The notes: generated by a model not told the origin, from the sequence alone. Counted from the stretch's first letter, positions 19,407-29,062 are shown. The stretch: 32,000 nucleotides of DNA from Pasteurella multocida (GCF_900187275.1 NZ_LT906458.1:900001-932000); one strand, 5' to 3'. Made by a program: numbers and translations.

Positions 19407-19440
19407 ATGGCCATTTCAGGAGTACTCGCTAAGGAGCAAA

Positions 19441-19470
19441 ATAAAGGGCAAATAAATTTGCCCTTATTTA
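19441..19470 (-). terminator. valS terminator
   Basis: AAGGGCAAA taaa TTTGCCCTT with AT-rich flanks, 10 nt past the valS stop. Confidence 0.7.
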
Positions 19471-19479
19471 TGATTAACG

Positions 19480-22344
19480 CTACAACGCCTCAATCGCCAA
19501 ATACTGCTGTTTGAGTTTATTTAACCCTTCTGCGTATTCCGCCATTTTGGCTCGTTCTTTTTCAATCACTGCCGGTGGGGCTTTCGCCACGAAAGCCTCG
19601 TTTGCGAGTTTGTTTTCAATACGTTGGATTTCGCCTTGGTATTTTTCAATCTCTTTATTCAACCGCGCAAGTTCTGCTTCTTTATTGACAAAGCCTGCCA
19701 TTGGTACAAGTAATTCTGCGTTGTTGACCAATTTTGCCACTGAAAGTGGGGCATCTTCCCCAGCCTCAAGCACACGGATAGCATCTAATTTTGCCATCGC
19801 TTGGATTAAAGTGCGGTTGTTTTCCAGTGCGTTTTGATCCGCTTCTGACAGATTACGCAATAATAAATCTAAGCCTTTACTTGGTGGAATGTTGCTTTCT
19901 GCGCGGATATTACGCACCGCAACAATTACTTCTTTCATCCAGTTGATTTCCGCTTCGGCTTGATAATCCAAGGCACTTTGCTCAAATTGAGGGAAAGCTT
20001 GGAGCATAATGGTATCGCCACTTACTCCCGCAAACGCTTTCACTTTATGCCAAATTTCTTCCGTGATAAATGGCATCACTGGGTGTGTTAAACGCAATAA
20101 TTTTTCTAGCACGTTGATCAAAGTTTGGCTCGCCCCACGTTTTTGCGCTACGCTACCATTAGCAAAAACAGGTTTCGTCAATTCCAAATACCAGTCACAG
20201 AATTGGTTCCAGGTGAACTCATACAAGGCGGTTGCACATAAATCAAAACGGAACTGCGCTAAGGCATTGCGGAAGGCTTCTACCGTACGATTAAATTCGG
20301 ACTGAATCCAACGATCTGCTACAGAATATTCCACGCTGCCTTCGCTGAGATCTAATTTATCATTGGTTAACACAAAACGGCTTGCATTCCATAATTTGTT
20401 ACAGAAATTGCGATAGCCTTCTAAACGTTTCATGTCCCAGTTAATGTCACGCCCGTTTGTCGCTAACGCCGTCAAAGTGAAACGCAAGGCGTCTGTACCG
20501 TGTTCCGCGATACCTTCTGGGAAGGCTTTGATAGTTGCTTTGGCAATTTTTTCCGCCAATTGCGGCTGCATCATGTTGCCAGTGCGTTTTTCTAGCAAGC
20601 TTTCCAGATCAATACCGTCAATCATATCTAATGGATCAATGACGTTGCCTTTTGATTTGGACATTTTTTGTCCTTGCTCATCACGAATCAAGCCAGTGAC
20701 ATACACGGTTTTGAATGGTACTTGTGGTTTGCCGTTTTCATCTTTCACAAAATGCATGGTGAACATGATCATACGTGCCACCCAGAAGAAAATGATATCA
20801 AAGCCAGTGATCAACACATCTGTTGAGTGGAACATTTTCAGATCTGGGGTTTGTTTTGGCCAACCGAGGGTAGAGAACGTCCATAAACCGGATGAGAACC
20901 ACGTATCTAACACATCTTCATCTTGTTTTAATGGCAAATCCGCAGGCAAGTTGTGTTTTGCTCGCACTTCCGCTTCATCTCGTGCCACATACACATTACC
21001 CTGCTCGTCATACCACGCAGGGATACGGTGTCCCCACCAAAGTTGGCGAGAAATACACCAGTCTTGAATATCACGCATCCAAGAGAAATACAGATTTTCA
21101 TATTGTTTTGGTACGAATTGGATTTCGCCGTCTTCCACCGCTTTCACTGCCACTTCGGCAAGCGGTTTCACGCTCACATACCATTGGTCAGTGAGCATTG
21201 GCTCAATTGGCACGCCACCACGATCGCCGTAAGGCACTTTCAAATCGTGCGGTTTAATTTCGTCTAGTAAACCCAATTCCTCAAAATCCGCCACGATTTG
21301 TTTACGTGCGGCAAAACGCTCCATTCCTTGATATTTGGTTGGAATAAGTGCGGTGTAATTTTCAAGAATTTTGCTGTCTGACCCGATGATTTCCGCTTCG
21401 GCACGAATATCCGCATTTAGGGTCATCACGTTCACCATTGGTAATTGGTGACGTTTACCTACTTCGTAGTCGTTGAAATCATGTGCTGGAGTAATTTTTA
21501 CCACGCCTGTACCAAATTCACGATCAACATAATCATCAGCAATAATTGGAATCTCACGATTGGCTAAAGGTAAAACAACCGTTTTGCCGATAAGCGATTG
21601 ATAGCGTTCATCTTCAGGGTGCACCGCTACCGCTGTATCACCTAACATGGTTTCTGGACGGGTGGTTGCTACCACTAAATAATCCTTCCCATCTGCCGTT
21701 TTCGCCCCATTGGCTAATGGATACCGGAAATGCCAAAGTGAGCCTTTGCTTTCTTTGTTTTCTACTTCGAGATCAGAAATCGCGGTGTGTAATTTTGGAT
21801 CCCAGTTCACCAAACGTTTACCGCGATAGATCAAACCTTCTTCGTGTAAACGCACAAACACTTCTTTTACCGCATCAGACAAGCCCTCATCCATGGTGAA
21901 ACGCTCACGATCCCAGTCGATTGAGTTACCTAAACGGCGCATTTGTTGGCTAATTGTGCCACCTGAATAGGCTTTCCAATCCCAAATTTTATCAATGAAG
22001 GCTTCACGCCCGTAATCATGGCGAGTTTTGCCTTCTTCTGCCGCGATTTTACGCTCCACCACCATTTGGGTCGCAATCCCCGCGTGGTCAGTACCTGTTT
22101 GCCATAAGGTGTTGTGCTCTTCCATACGATTGAAACGGATTAAAATATCCATCAAGGTTTGTTGGAAAGCGTGTCCCATGTGCAAGCTCCCCGTGACGTT
22201 CGGCGGAGGAATGGCAATCGAATAACTTGGTTTTGAAGTATCTTCTGACGGTTTAAAATAACCGCTTTCTTCCCAGTGTTTATACAGGGCTTGTTCCACT
22301 GCAGATGGCGTAAAACGATCTGCCATTTCGAAGTTTTGTGTCAT
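19480..22344 (-). CDS. valS: Valyl-tRNA synthetase
   Basis: It has the class I HIGH (SLHMGHAF) and KMSKS (QKMSKSKGN) motifs and the C-terminal coiled coil. The start is set at [11 protein letters not shown] (22344) because that matches the Haemophilus ValS N-terminus as I recall it. ATG 22326 (MADRF) is an alternative, and the track's 22389 adds 15 unsupported residues. Confidence 0.95.
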   Translation of the reverse strand: MTQNFEMADRFTPSAVEQALYKHWEESGYFKPSEDTSKPSYSIAIPPPNVTGSLHMGHAFQQTLMDILIRFNRMEEHNTLWQTGTDHAGIATQMVVERKIAAEEGKTRHDYGREAFIDKIWDWKAYSGGTISQQMRRLGNSIDWDRERFTMDEGLSDAVKEVFVRLHEEGLIYRGKRLVNWDPKLHTAISDLEVENKESKGSLWHFRYPLANGAKTADGKDYLVVATTRPETMLGDTAVAVHPEDERYQSLIGKTVVLPLANREIPIIADDYVDREFGTGVVKITPAHDFNDYEVGKRHQLPMVNVMTLNADIRAEAEIIGSDSKILENYTALIPTKYQGMERFAARKQIVADFEELGLLDEIKPHDLKVPYGDRGGVPIEPMLTDQWYVSVKPLAEVAVKAVEDGEIQFVPKQYENLYFSWMRDIQDWCISRQLWWGHRIPAWYDEQGNVYVARDEAEVRAKHNLPADLPLKQDEDVLDTWFSSGLWTFSTLGWPKQTPDLKMFHSTDVLITGFDIIFFWVARMIMFTMHFVKDENGKPQVPFKTVYVTGLIRDEQGQKMSKSKGNVIDPLDMIDGIDLESLLEKRTGNMMQPQLAEKIAKATIKAFPEGIAEHGTDALRFTLTALATNGRDINWDMKRLEGYRNFCNKLWNASRFVLTNDKLDLSEGSVEYSVADRWIQSEFNRTVEAFRNALAQFRFDLCATALYEFTWNQFCDWYLELTKPVFANGSVAQKRGASQTLINVLEKLLRLTHPVMPFITEEIWHKVKAFAGVSGDTIMLQAFPQFEQSALDYQAEAEINWMKEVIVAVRNIRAESNIPPSKGLDLLLRNLSEADQNALENNRTLIQAMAKLDAIRVLEAGEDAPLSVAKLVNNAELLVPMAGFVNKEAELARLNKEIEKYQGEIQRIENKLANEAFVAKAPPAVIEKERAKMAEYAEGLNKLKQQYLAIEAL
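19809..19817 (+). repeat. USS core, intragenic
   Basis: Exact AAGTGCGGT. Confidence 0.8.
21346..21354 (+). repeat. USS core, intragenic
   Basis: Exact AAGTGCGGT. Confidence 0.8.
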
Positions 22345-22404
22345 TGTTTTTTCTCTTTTATCTCTCAATTTTATTGAATCGCTTGGCATACAATGCCTTA
22401 ATAC

Positions 22405-22923
22405 TTATTTATTCTCTTCAACGATGTTCTTTTTTATCTCATCGACGTGATATCTTACCCAAGTGTTTTCAGGGATCTGGTGTGTTTCTCGAATAATCCG
22501 GTTCGGCAAAGTAAATCGAATGCTTTGCTGATTTTTATCCTGCCAATACCACAATAAATAAACTGGCGAGGTACGTTCTTTTAGCCATTTATCCAAAATC
22601 CCTGCGTAATCCTCCACCTGTTGTGATCTTTTGTGTGCTAGCTGCTTTTCTTTATCATGCAAACGACGTTGAATAGCAGGTTCACTTAATCCTTTACGAC
22701 GCCATTTTTTAATAGTTTGTGCGAGCAAATTTTGATCGGCTTCTACATGATCTGTATTTTGAATTATGCCACAAGCGCACATCCCATTGCTGATGTCATA
22801 ACAAATCAGATTTTGTTGACTCTCATCAAAAACAATATCTGTTGCAATCTTGAGATGAAATTGCCGTAAACTACCTAATATTGCGGCTGTTTTTTCAGTA
22901 ACACATAATAAACGCCAACACAT
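22405..22923 (-). CDS. Hypothetical protein, 172 aa, no family recognised
   Basis: The ORF ends 60 nt upstream of valS with no terminator between them. G+C looks similar to neighbours by eye. An in-frame stop lies 10 codons upstream of the only plausible ATG. The SD is weak (GGGA). Confidence 0.5.
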   Translation of the reverse strand: MCWRLLCVTEKTAAILGSLRQFHLKIATDIVFDESQQNLICYDISNGMCACGIIQNTDHVEADQNLLAQTIKKWRRKGLSEPAIQRRLHDKEKQLAHKRSQQVEDYAGILDKWLKERTSPVYLLWYWQDKNQQSIRFTLPNRIIRETHQIPENTWVRYHVDEIKKNIVEENK

Positions 22924-22984
22924 ATCCCATGCCCAGCAAAATAATATATTAAATTAAAATTACTAAATGGTGTCAGACGATTAC

Positions 22985-23018
22985 GAAAAACATCAAAAGC
23001 GACAATCAATGTCGCTTT
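22985..23018 (-). terminator. tpx terminator
   Basis: AAAGCGACA (22996-23004) pairs with TGTCGCTTT (23010-23018). A T-rich run follows on the minus strand. Confidence 0.65.
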
Positions 23019-23052
23019 GATTTATCCTTTGATTTCAAAAGGAAAAATAAAA

Positions 23053-23550
23053 TTAAAGCACCGCTAAGGCTGCGTCGTAATTTGGTTCTTGTTTGATTTC
23101 TGGTACTAACTCACTGTGTAATACACGGTTATTTTCATCTAATACGATTACTGCACGGGCGGTTAAACCAGCTAATGGACCTTCAACAATATCCACACCT
23201 AATTGTTTGTGGACATCTTTATTGCGGAAAGTGGATACCGTGAAGACATTTTCTAGACCTTCTGCGCCACAGAAACGTGCTTGTGCAAAAGGTAAATCCG
23301 CTGAAAGACATAATACTGCGGTATTCGCTAATTTTGCTGCTTGTTCATTGAATTTGCGTACAGATGTCGCACAAATCCCCGTATCAATACTTGGGAAAAT
23401 ATTTAAAATTTTACGCTTACCCGCGAAATTGGCTAAAGTCGTATCTTCTAATTTTGCACTCACCGTAGTGAAATCTGTAACTACATCGCCAACTTGCGGA
23501 AATACACCTGAAACTTCAATTTCTGTGCCTGCTAATGTAATTTTACTCAT
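23053..23550 (-). CDS. tpx: Thiol peroxidase (atypical 2-Cys peroxiredoxin)
   Basis: [37 protein letters not shown] and the C-terminal [10 protein letters not shown] are colinear with E. coli Tpx. The start is set at ATG 23550 (AGAGGA 7 nt upstream). Confidence 0.93.
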   Translation of the reverse strand: MSKITLAGTEIEVSGVFPQVGDVVTDFTTVSAKLEDTTLANFAGKRKILNIFPSIDTGICATSVRKFNEQAAKLANTAVLCLSADLPFAQARFCGAEGLENVFTVSTFRNKDVHKQLGVDIVEGPLAGLTARAVIVLDENNRVLHSELVPEIKQEPNYDAALAVL

Positions 23551-23749
23551 AATCATGTCCTCTTTTATTCATCAGATTAAATCCCCTATCCCACCCATTT
23601 TTACTCAGATCAACACGGGGTTGTTACAGTACACTGTTTTTGTACGATTTCACTTGTACGGAGCAGAAGTTGTTCAGAAAAATGAACGGCTCTTCGTTCC
23701 CATAAGTGTGTTTTTGTGTTCGCCTCTGACTAAAAATACCTAAAAATTG

Positions 23750-23758
23750 ACCGCACTT
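23750..23758 (-). repeat. USS core just downstream of the DIP1984-like gene
   Basis: Exact ACCGCACTT. Confidence 0.8.
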
Positions 23759-23759
23759 T

Positions 23760-24215
23760 CTACAAATCGTATTGCCAATTTGCTTGTTGAATAAACACAT
23801 CAAGCTCACGATGCGCTTTGGCGACTTGATCTGCTTGTTGACGAATCGCTTTAATATCTACCGCAGAAAGCATTTTAATTTCACTACGACTATAACGATC
23901 TTGCTCCGGTAACGCAGCATCCGCCAATTTCATTAAAGTAGCATGTTCCTCTTTTAAACGATCACGCTTCGCCAACGCTTCAACCATGTTCATGCCATTG
24001 GCTAAGCAAATTTGATGATTGGCTTGATTAATCTCTACCACTAATTTCTCTAATTGATCCGCCACGCTTTGATATTCAAGCAATAAATCCGCGGGATGCT
24101 CTGCTGGCTTTTCGCCTTCTTGATATTTTGCATTTTGCTGTAAACGCTGATTCAGTTGCGCCAAACGGCGTTGGGCATCTGCACGTTGCATGAGGGCTTC
24201 AGCTAATTTCATCAT
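23760..24215 (-). CDS. DIP1984-family coiled-coil protein (sometimes auto-annotated as septicolysin); function unknown
   Basis: MKLAEAL..RAD..RRL..L..RL..NA..QEGE.P.E.P at the N-terminus, and DRYSRSEIK...NW near the C-terminus, match my recollection of this ~150-aa family. Its SD (GGGGAG) overlaps the holC stop. Confidence 0.5.
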   Translation of the reverse strand: MMKLAEALMQRADAQRRLAQLNQRLQQNAKYQEGEKPAEHPADLLLEYQSVADQLEKLVVEINQANHQICLANGMNMVEALAKRDRLKEEHATLMKLADAALPEQDRYSRSEIKMLSAVDIKAIRQQADQVAKAHRELDVFIQQANWQYDL

Positions 24216-24221
24216 CTCCCC

Positions 24222-24650
24222 TTACTTGATTTGCTCTGTTGATAATTGCCAGCCAAGTTGTCGTAATTGTTTATAACGCTCTCTGGCTAGCACTTTTAAA
24301 TGCTCTTCCACTGGCACAAAATCAATCACCTGTGTAAAACTGCTGACATAATCTGGTACCTCTGCCTGTAAATTAATCAAGAGATCTCGGCGTTGCGCAT
24401 TACGCTTACCTTTCCAGCTCACCTCAATCGGTGTAGCATACGTCGTCACTTCACCTGATAAATTATGTGGCACAAACTCATCTGCCTCTCTTGCCCATAA
24501 GGCTTCATCAATATCCAACGCTTGTTGTTCAGTTTCGCAAGCAATTAACACGCGCTTACCAAGACGCCACGCGGATGCGGCAAAATCACAAGCCATTTTT
24601 TCCATTTGTGCTTGCTCGCTTAACAAATAAAATTGCGCGTGTTTAGACAT
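24222..24650 (-). CDS. holC: DNA polymerase III chi subunit
   Basis: 142 aa. FYLL, GKRVLIACE...DEALWAR..FVPHNL, DFVP and LARERYK are colinear with E. coli HolC. Confidence 0.9.
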   Translation of the reverse strand: MSKHAQFYLLSEQAQMEKMACDFAASAWRLGKRVLIACETEQQALDIDEALWAREADEFVPHNLSGEVTTYATPIEVSWKGKRNAQRRDLLINLQAEVPDYVSSFTQVIDFVPVEEHLKVLARERYKQLRQLGWQLSTEQIK

Positions 24651-24776
24651 CGATCACTTAGCTCCTGAGTCAAAGGTATAACTTGATGATTTTATCGAAA
24701 AAGTCACAGAAGATAAAATACTAATTCGCAGATTTAGGATTTTCTTTTGTGTTTCAGATTACACGTCAGAAAATAG

Positions 24777-24785
24777 ACCGCACTT
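24777..24785 (-). repeat. USS core in the holC/fumC divergent region
   Basis: Exact ACCGCACTT. Confidence 0.8.
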
Positions 24786-24801
24786 TATGATCTAAATCAC
24801 A
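24786..24801. promoter_or_regulatory. CRP-like site upstream of fumC (one mismatch)
   Basis: TATGAtctaaaTCACA lies ~50-65 nt upstream of a TAGAAT -10-like hexamer at 24852-24857. Confidence 0.3.
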
Positions 24802-24900
24802 AAACTCAGTTTTGCCGCTTGGGATTGATTCCACATCTAACCCGCAAGTGTTAGAATCTTCCCATTCATTTTCTTCATATTTAAACAAAGAGGTAACACT

Positions 24901-26295
24901 ATGACATTTCGTATCGAAAAAGACACTATGGGTGAAGTACAAGTTCCTGCCGATAAATATTGGGCAGCGCAGACTGAACGCTCACGCAATAATTTCAAAA
25001 TTGGACCTGAAGCCTCTATGCCAAAAGAGATTATTGAAGCCTTTGGTTATTTAAAAAAAGCAGCCGCTTATGCTAACCATGATTTAGGTGTATTACCAGT
25101 GGAAAAACGGGATTTAATTGCACAGGCTTGTGATGAGATCCTCGCCAATAAATTAGATGATCAATTTCCTCTCGTCATTTGGCAAACCGGTTCCGGTACA
25201 CAATCCAATATGAACCTTAACGAAGTCATTTCAAACCGTGCCCATGTTTTAAATGGTGGTAAATTAGGTGAAAAATCCATTATCCATCCAAATGACGATG
25301 TGAACAAATCTCAATCTTCAAACGATACTTACCCAACAGCAATGCACATCGCGGCGTATAAAAAAGTCGTTGAAGTCACTATTCCTTGTGTAGAACGTTT
25401 ACAAAAAACCTTAGCGCAAAAAGCAGACGCCTTTAAAGATGTGGTGAAAATTGGGCGTACTCACTTAATGGACGCGACACCATTAACCTTAGGTCAAGAA
25501 TTCTCTGCTTATGCTGCCCAATTAGATTTTGGCTTACGCGCATTGAAAAACACGCTGCCACATTTAGCACAATTAGCGCTAGGCGGTACTGCAGTGGGTA
25601 CAGGTTTAAATACACCGAAAGGTTATGATGTGAAAGTGGCAGACTACATTGCAAAATTTACAGGCTTGCCATTTATCACCGCTGAAAATAAATTTGAAGC
25701 GTTAGCCACCCATGATGCCGTTGTGGAAACGCACGGCGCATTAAAACAATTAGCGGTATCCTTATACAAAATCGCAAATGATATCCGTTTATTAGCCTCT
25801 GGACCACGTTCTGGTATTGGTGAAATTTTAATTCCTGAAAATGAGCCGGGCTCTTCTATCATGCCAGGTAAAGTTAACCCAACCCAATGTGAAGCCATGA
25901 CGATGGTATGCGCGCAAGTACTCGGTAATGACACCACCATTTCCTTTGCAGGTACACAAGGTCATTTCCAATTGAACGTATTTAAACCAGTGATGGCGGC
26001 TAACTTCTTACAATCTGCTCAATTATTGGCGGATGCTTGTGTGTCCTTCGATGAACATTGTGCAGTCGGTATTGAACCAAACTTCCCTCGCATCAAAAAA
26101 CAACTTGATGATTCATTAATGTTAGTGACCGCCTTAAATACACATATCGGTTACGAAAATGCGGCGAAAATCGCGAAAACCGCACACAAAAATGGGACAA
26201 CATTAAAAGAAGAAGCAATCAACTTAGGCTTAGTTACAGCTGAACAATTTGATGAATGGGTACGTCCAGAAGATATGGTTGGTAGCTTAAAGTAA
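24901..26295 (+). CDS. fumC: Class II fumarate hydratase
   Basis: 464 aa with the [15 protein letters not shown] signature, colinear with E. coli FumC. Confidence 0.97.
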   Translation: MTFRIEKDTMGEVQVPADKYWAAQTERSRNNFKIGPEASMPKEIIEAFGYLKKAAAYANHDLGVLPVEKRDLIAQACDEILANKLDDQFPLVIWQTGSGTQSNMNLNEVISNRAHVLNGGKLGEKSIIHPNDDVNKSQSSNDTYPTAMHIAAYKKVVEVTIPCVERLQKTLAQKADAFKDVVKIGRTHLMDATPLTLGQEFSAYAAQLDFGLRALKNTLPHLAQLALGGTAVGTGLNTPKGYDVKVADYIAKFTGLPFITAENKFEALATHDAVVETHGALKQLAVSLYKIANDIRLLASGPRSGIGEILIPENEPGSSIMPGKVNPTQCEAMTMVCAQVLGNDTTISFAGTQGHFQLNVFKPVMAANFLQSAQLLADACVSFDEHCAVGIEPNFPRIKKQLDDSLMLVTALNTHIGYENAAKIAKTAHKNGTTLKEEAINLGLVTAEQFDEWVRPEDMVGSLK

Positions 26296-26312
26296 TTTAA
26301 GTAAAACACAGC

Positions 26313-26342
26313 AAGGCGAACGTAAAGTTCGCCTTTTTTTTC
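26313..26342 (+). terminator. fumC terminator
   Basis: AAGGCGAAC gtaaa GTTCGCCTT, followed by TTTTTT. Confidence 0.85.
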
Positions 26343-26387
26343 TTTGTTTTGTTATAATCAGCACCATCAACTTTTTGTAATAGGTTT

Positions 26388-26999
26388 ATGATGAAAATTA
26401 ACACATTTCTATTTTCACTATTCTGTTTATTTTCTAGCACACTTTCTGCCCAATGGTTAAACGTCGGTAAAGCAGATTATAACTGGGGGCCTTTCCATGT
26501 TTATACAATCAGTCTTTATACTGAAACAGGGAAGTATGAAGAAAATATTCGCCCTTTAATGCTGACTTTTACTTATGCTAAGCCTATTGAAGGTAAAAAT
26601 TTTGCCATCAGCTTAATTAAAGAAATTGAAAATCTGAAACTGAAAGAGATTGATACTAAACATTATCTCAACGCCTTAAAAGCGCTTTTCCCAGATATTT
26701 CACCGAATGATGTACTGAATTATATTGCGCTCGAAGAACGAGGCTACTTTGTATTAAATGATACGATTTTAGATCAAGAGTTTGATGCCACTTTTACACA
26801 AGCATTAATTAGCATCTGGCTCTCGCCTAATACGAATTTTCCCAAATTACAACCTAAATTATTAGGTGATGAAAAACCAGAAAAAGAAGAGAAATTCCAA
26901 AATACTACGCCGAAAATCGCGCCTTTGACGGAAGATTCAACAAATCCAGAATTGCCCCCCAATTACCCATTAGATAATCGGGAAAATGAGGTGTCATAA
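26388..26999 (+). CDS. Secreted chalcone-isomerase-like family protein with an acidic/Pro-rich C-terminal tail
   Basis: It has a signal peptide, MMKINTFLFSLFCLFSSTLSA|QW. WGPFHVYTISLY and the C-terminal F..ALISIWLS.....KL.PKLLG resemble the bacterial chalcone-isomerase-like domain as I recall it. Confidence 0.5.
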   Translation: MMKINTFLFSLFCLFSSTLSAQWLNVGKADYNWGPFHVYTISLYTETGKYEENIRPLMLTFTYAKPIEGKNFAISLIKEIENLKLKEIDTKHYLNALKALFPDISPNDVLNYIALEERGYFVLNDTILDQEFDATFTQALISIWLSPNTNFPKLQPKLLGDEKPEKEEKFQNTTPKIAPLTEDSTNPELPPNYPLDNRENEVS

Positions 27000-27003
27000 A
27001 CGC

Positions 27004-27032
27004 AAAAGACGACATTTTCTGTCGTCTTTTTT
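27004..27032. terminator. Bidirectional terminator between the CHI-like gene and ycfP
   Basis: AAAAGACGACA ttttc TGTCGTCTTTT. Confidence 0.8.
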
Positions 27033-27035
27033 CTT

Positions 27036-27575
27036 TTAACTTTGTTTAAAGGCTTTAATACGTTGTAAATGGTGGGAAATTTTTTTGAATTTATGAGTTT
27101 CAACATCATCCCAAACTATCTCATAAAATGGCGACAAGAGCGCTGCACTCCGTTGAGAATCGAGTATCCCATCTTCTTTAGAAAGAAAAACTAAGCATTT
27201 TCCCTTATTTTTTTCTCGGAAATTTTCTACACATTTTGTTTCAATATCTTTATATTCTTCAGGACGATCAATTTTCCCTGCCATATTTTCATAAGGGAAA
27301 AGATTCGGATTAAAAATTGCCTGTTTGATACCACACAAGAAACCAATCCGTTCAGACCAATAGCCACCTAGTCCCACACCACAAATTAAAGGCGCAGGAT
27401 CCTTACTTTCCGAAACCAATTTATGTACTTCGTTCAAAAGAAATTGCATGTCATGACGTGGATGCAACGTACTGTAATTAACAAAACGGACATCCTCATC
27501 AATAAATTTCAGTTGCATCACTTTTTCATGATTGCCTGGGCTACTTGAATCAAACCCATGTAAATAAATAATCAT
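27036..27575 (-). CDS. ycfP: UPF0227 alpha/beta-hydrolase-fold protein YcfP
   Basis: [19 protein letters not shown]..., [41 protein letters not shown] and HLQRIKAFK are almost colinear with E. coli YcfP. Confidence 0.85.
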   Translation of the reverse strand: MIIYLHGFDSSSPGNHEKVMQLKFIDEDVRFVNYSTLHPRHDMQFLLNEVHKLVSESKDPAPLICGVGLGGYWSERIGFLCGIKQAIFNPNLFPYENMAGKIDRPEEYKDIETKCVENFREKNKGKCLVFLSKEDGILDSQRSAALLSPFYEIVWDDVETHKFKKISHHLQRIKAFKQS

Positions 27576-27590
27576 TTATGACTCCTCAAT

Positions 27591-28517
27591 TTAAACGATT
27601 GTCTTTGTGACATTTTGCAATGCCTGATATTTTTTCTCAAGGTGTACGATCATTTGCAATGCAATATCAATACCGCTGGTTTTTTCAATCATCTCTAAAC
27701 CCGGACTGGCGTTTACTTCAAGGACTAACGTCCCCCGTTTAGCACGAATGAGATCCACTCCCGCGACATCTAATCCTAAGGCTTTTGTTGCCTTGACCGC
27801 CATCGTTTTTTCCGCTTCAGATAAACTCACTTTTTCCGCCAAACCACCACGATGAAAATTAGCGCGAAATTCGCCATTCTGACTTATCCGTTGCATACTG
27901 GCGACAACTCGCTCACCAATTACAAAACAACGTAGATCTGCCCCATTCGCTTCTTCAATGAATTCTTGTGCAAGCACTGACACGTCTGCCTGCTTTAATG
28001 TTTCTAAAATACTGACCGCACTTTGCCTCTTCTCAGCCAAAATCACACCAATACCTTGCGCCCCAGACAACGTTTTTAAAATAGTCGGCGATTGCACATA
28101 TTGCATAGTACTCGGTGCCTGAAATTCGGGTCCGGCTAACAGCGAATGAGGTATCGCGATGCCTTGTGCCATCAACATTTGTAAGCTTTGCCATTTATCG
28201 CGAGCTTGTAAAAATGCTGTGGCAGAATTCAAACAAGGGACATTTTGTGCTTCAAAATGGCGTAAAACTGCACAGCCCATTTTGGTGCTTTGAGAACCAA
28301 AACGCGGAATAACAGCATCGTAATTTGACAAGCGGCTAGGCTCGTGCTCCATTGTAGCTTGATAGATAAGCTCAAAGTGCGGTGAATTTTCAGAAAGTTT
28401 CAACAAGCAACGATTGGGATCAAGAATATCCATTTGGTGTCCACTATTTTCGGCAGCTTCTTTTAAACGTTGACAGCTATATAATCGTGGCTCACGACAT
28501 AACATTAATAATTTCAT
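27591..28517 (-). CDS. rimK: Ribosomal protein S6 L-glutamate ligase (ATP-grasp)
   Basis: [44 protein letters not shown] and [17 protein letters not shown] are colinear with E. coli RimK. Confidence 0.9.
   Translation of the reverse strand: MKLLMLCREPRLYSCQRLKEAAENSGHQMDILDPNRCLLKLSENSPHFELIYQATMEHEPSRLSNYDAVIPRFGSQSTKMGCAVLRHFEAQNVPCLNSATAFLQARDKWQSLQMLMAQGIAIPHSLLAGPEFQAPSTMQYVQSPTILKTLSGAQGIGVILAEKRQSAVSILETLKQADVSVLAQEFIEEANGADLRCFVIGERVVASMQRISQNGEFRANFHRGGLAEKVSLSEAEKTMAVKATKALGLDVAGVDLIRAKRGTLVLEVNASPGLEMIEKTSGIDIALQMIVHLEKKYQALQNVTKTIV
28015..28023 (-). repeat. USS core, intragenic
   Basis: Exact ACCGCACTT. Confidence 0.8.
28375..28383 (+). repeat. USS core, intragenic
   Basis: Exact AAGTGCGGT. 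Confidence 0.8.
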
Positions 28518-28630
28518 AACTATTCACGAGGAAACAAAAACAGATAATAAGTGATTATATTACACTAAGCGAAGTCAGGCTGAAAAATACTTTATTCTTT
28601 TTCTTTGTATGAGGTAAAATGTGTTCCGTT

Positions 28631-28647
28631 TTGATCGCTATCAGATC
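28631..28647. promoter_or_regulatory. Inverted repeat TGATC-N7-GATCA carrying two GATC sites in the grxA 5' region
   Basis: TGATCgctatcaGATCA lies 30-46 nt upstream of the grxA ATG, just downstream of a TAAAAT hexamer at 28615-28620. Confidence 0.25.
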
Positions 28648-28676
28648 ATTTTTTTCATTCAAACAAGGAAATATGT

Positions 28677-28940
28677 ATGTTCGTCGTCATCTTTGGGCGC
28701 GCAGGTTGCCCGTATTGTGTACGTGCTAAAAACTTAGCCGACAAATTAAAACAAAGCTTACCAGATTTCGATTATCGCTATGTCGATATCGTTGCAGAAG
28801 GCATTTCTAAAGCGGATTTATCCAAATCAGTTGGGAAACCCGTTGAAACTGTACCACAAATTTTTATTGATGAAAAACCGATTGGTGGCTGTACAGATTT
28901 TGAAGCCTTAATGAAGGCACAATTCAATATTGTTGCGTAA
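28677..28940 (+). CDS. grxA: Glutaredoxin 1
   Basis: 87 aa. VIFGR.GCPYCVRAK.LA.KL and GKPVETVPQIFID are colinear with E. coli GrxA. It is divergent from rimK, as in E. coli. Confidence 0.93.
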   Translation: MFVVIFGRAGCPYCVRAKNLADKLKQSLPDFDYRYVDIVAEGISKADLSKSVGKPVETVPQIFIDEKPIGGCTDFEALMKAQFNIVA

Positions 28941-28949
28941 TGCAACGCC

Positions 28950-28984
28950 AAAAATGCGATGAACACCTCATCGCATTTTTTATT
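28950..28984 (+). terminator. grxA terminator
   Basis: AAAATGCGATGA acacc TCATCGCATTTT, followed by TT. Confidence 0.85.
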
Positions 28985-29014
28985 GCACCAAAATTCTGCT
29001 TGCATAAGATAATA

Positions 29015-29053
29015 AATGAATATAAATTCAGTGAAAACGAATAAGTATTAAAG
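29015..29053. promoter_or_regulatory. Tandem ARG boxes (ArgR operator) at the argA promoter
   Basis: Box 1 is aaTGAATataaATTCAgt (29015-29032), with a perfect TGAAT-N4-ATTCA core. Box 2 is aaCGAATaagtATTAAag (29036-29053), exactly 21 bp downstream, matching the 18+3 bp spacing of E. coli ARG box pairs. They overlap a TTGCAC-N16-TAAGAT promoter-like element and the SD. Confidence 0.6.
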
Positions 29054-29062
29054 GAGTTACCG

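Noticed and set aside
19511-22225. Several plus-strand ORFs (65-211 aa) antisense to valS
   Set aside because: They are fully nested in the valS coding region, with low-complexity Ser/Ala/Phe-rich translations, no SDs and no recognisable domains. These are typical shadow ORFs opposite a long, codon-biased gene.
23093-23743. 216-aa plus-strand ORF overlapping tpx
   Set aside because: It is antisense to a well-supported tpx gene and its promoter region, and its sequence shows no recognisable features. It is a shadow ORF.
24820-24840. FNR-type site (TTGAT-N4-ATCAA) in the fumC upstream region at TTGATtccaCATCT
   Set aside because: The right half-site does not match.
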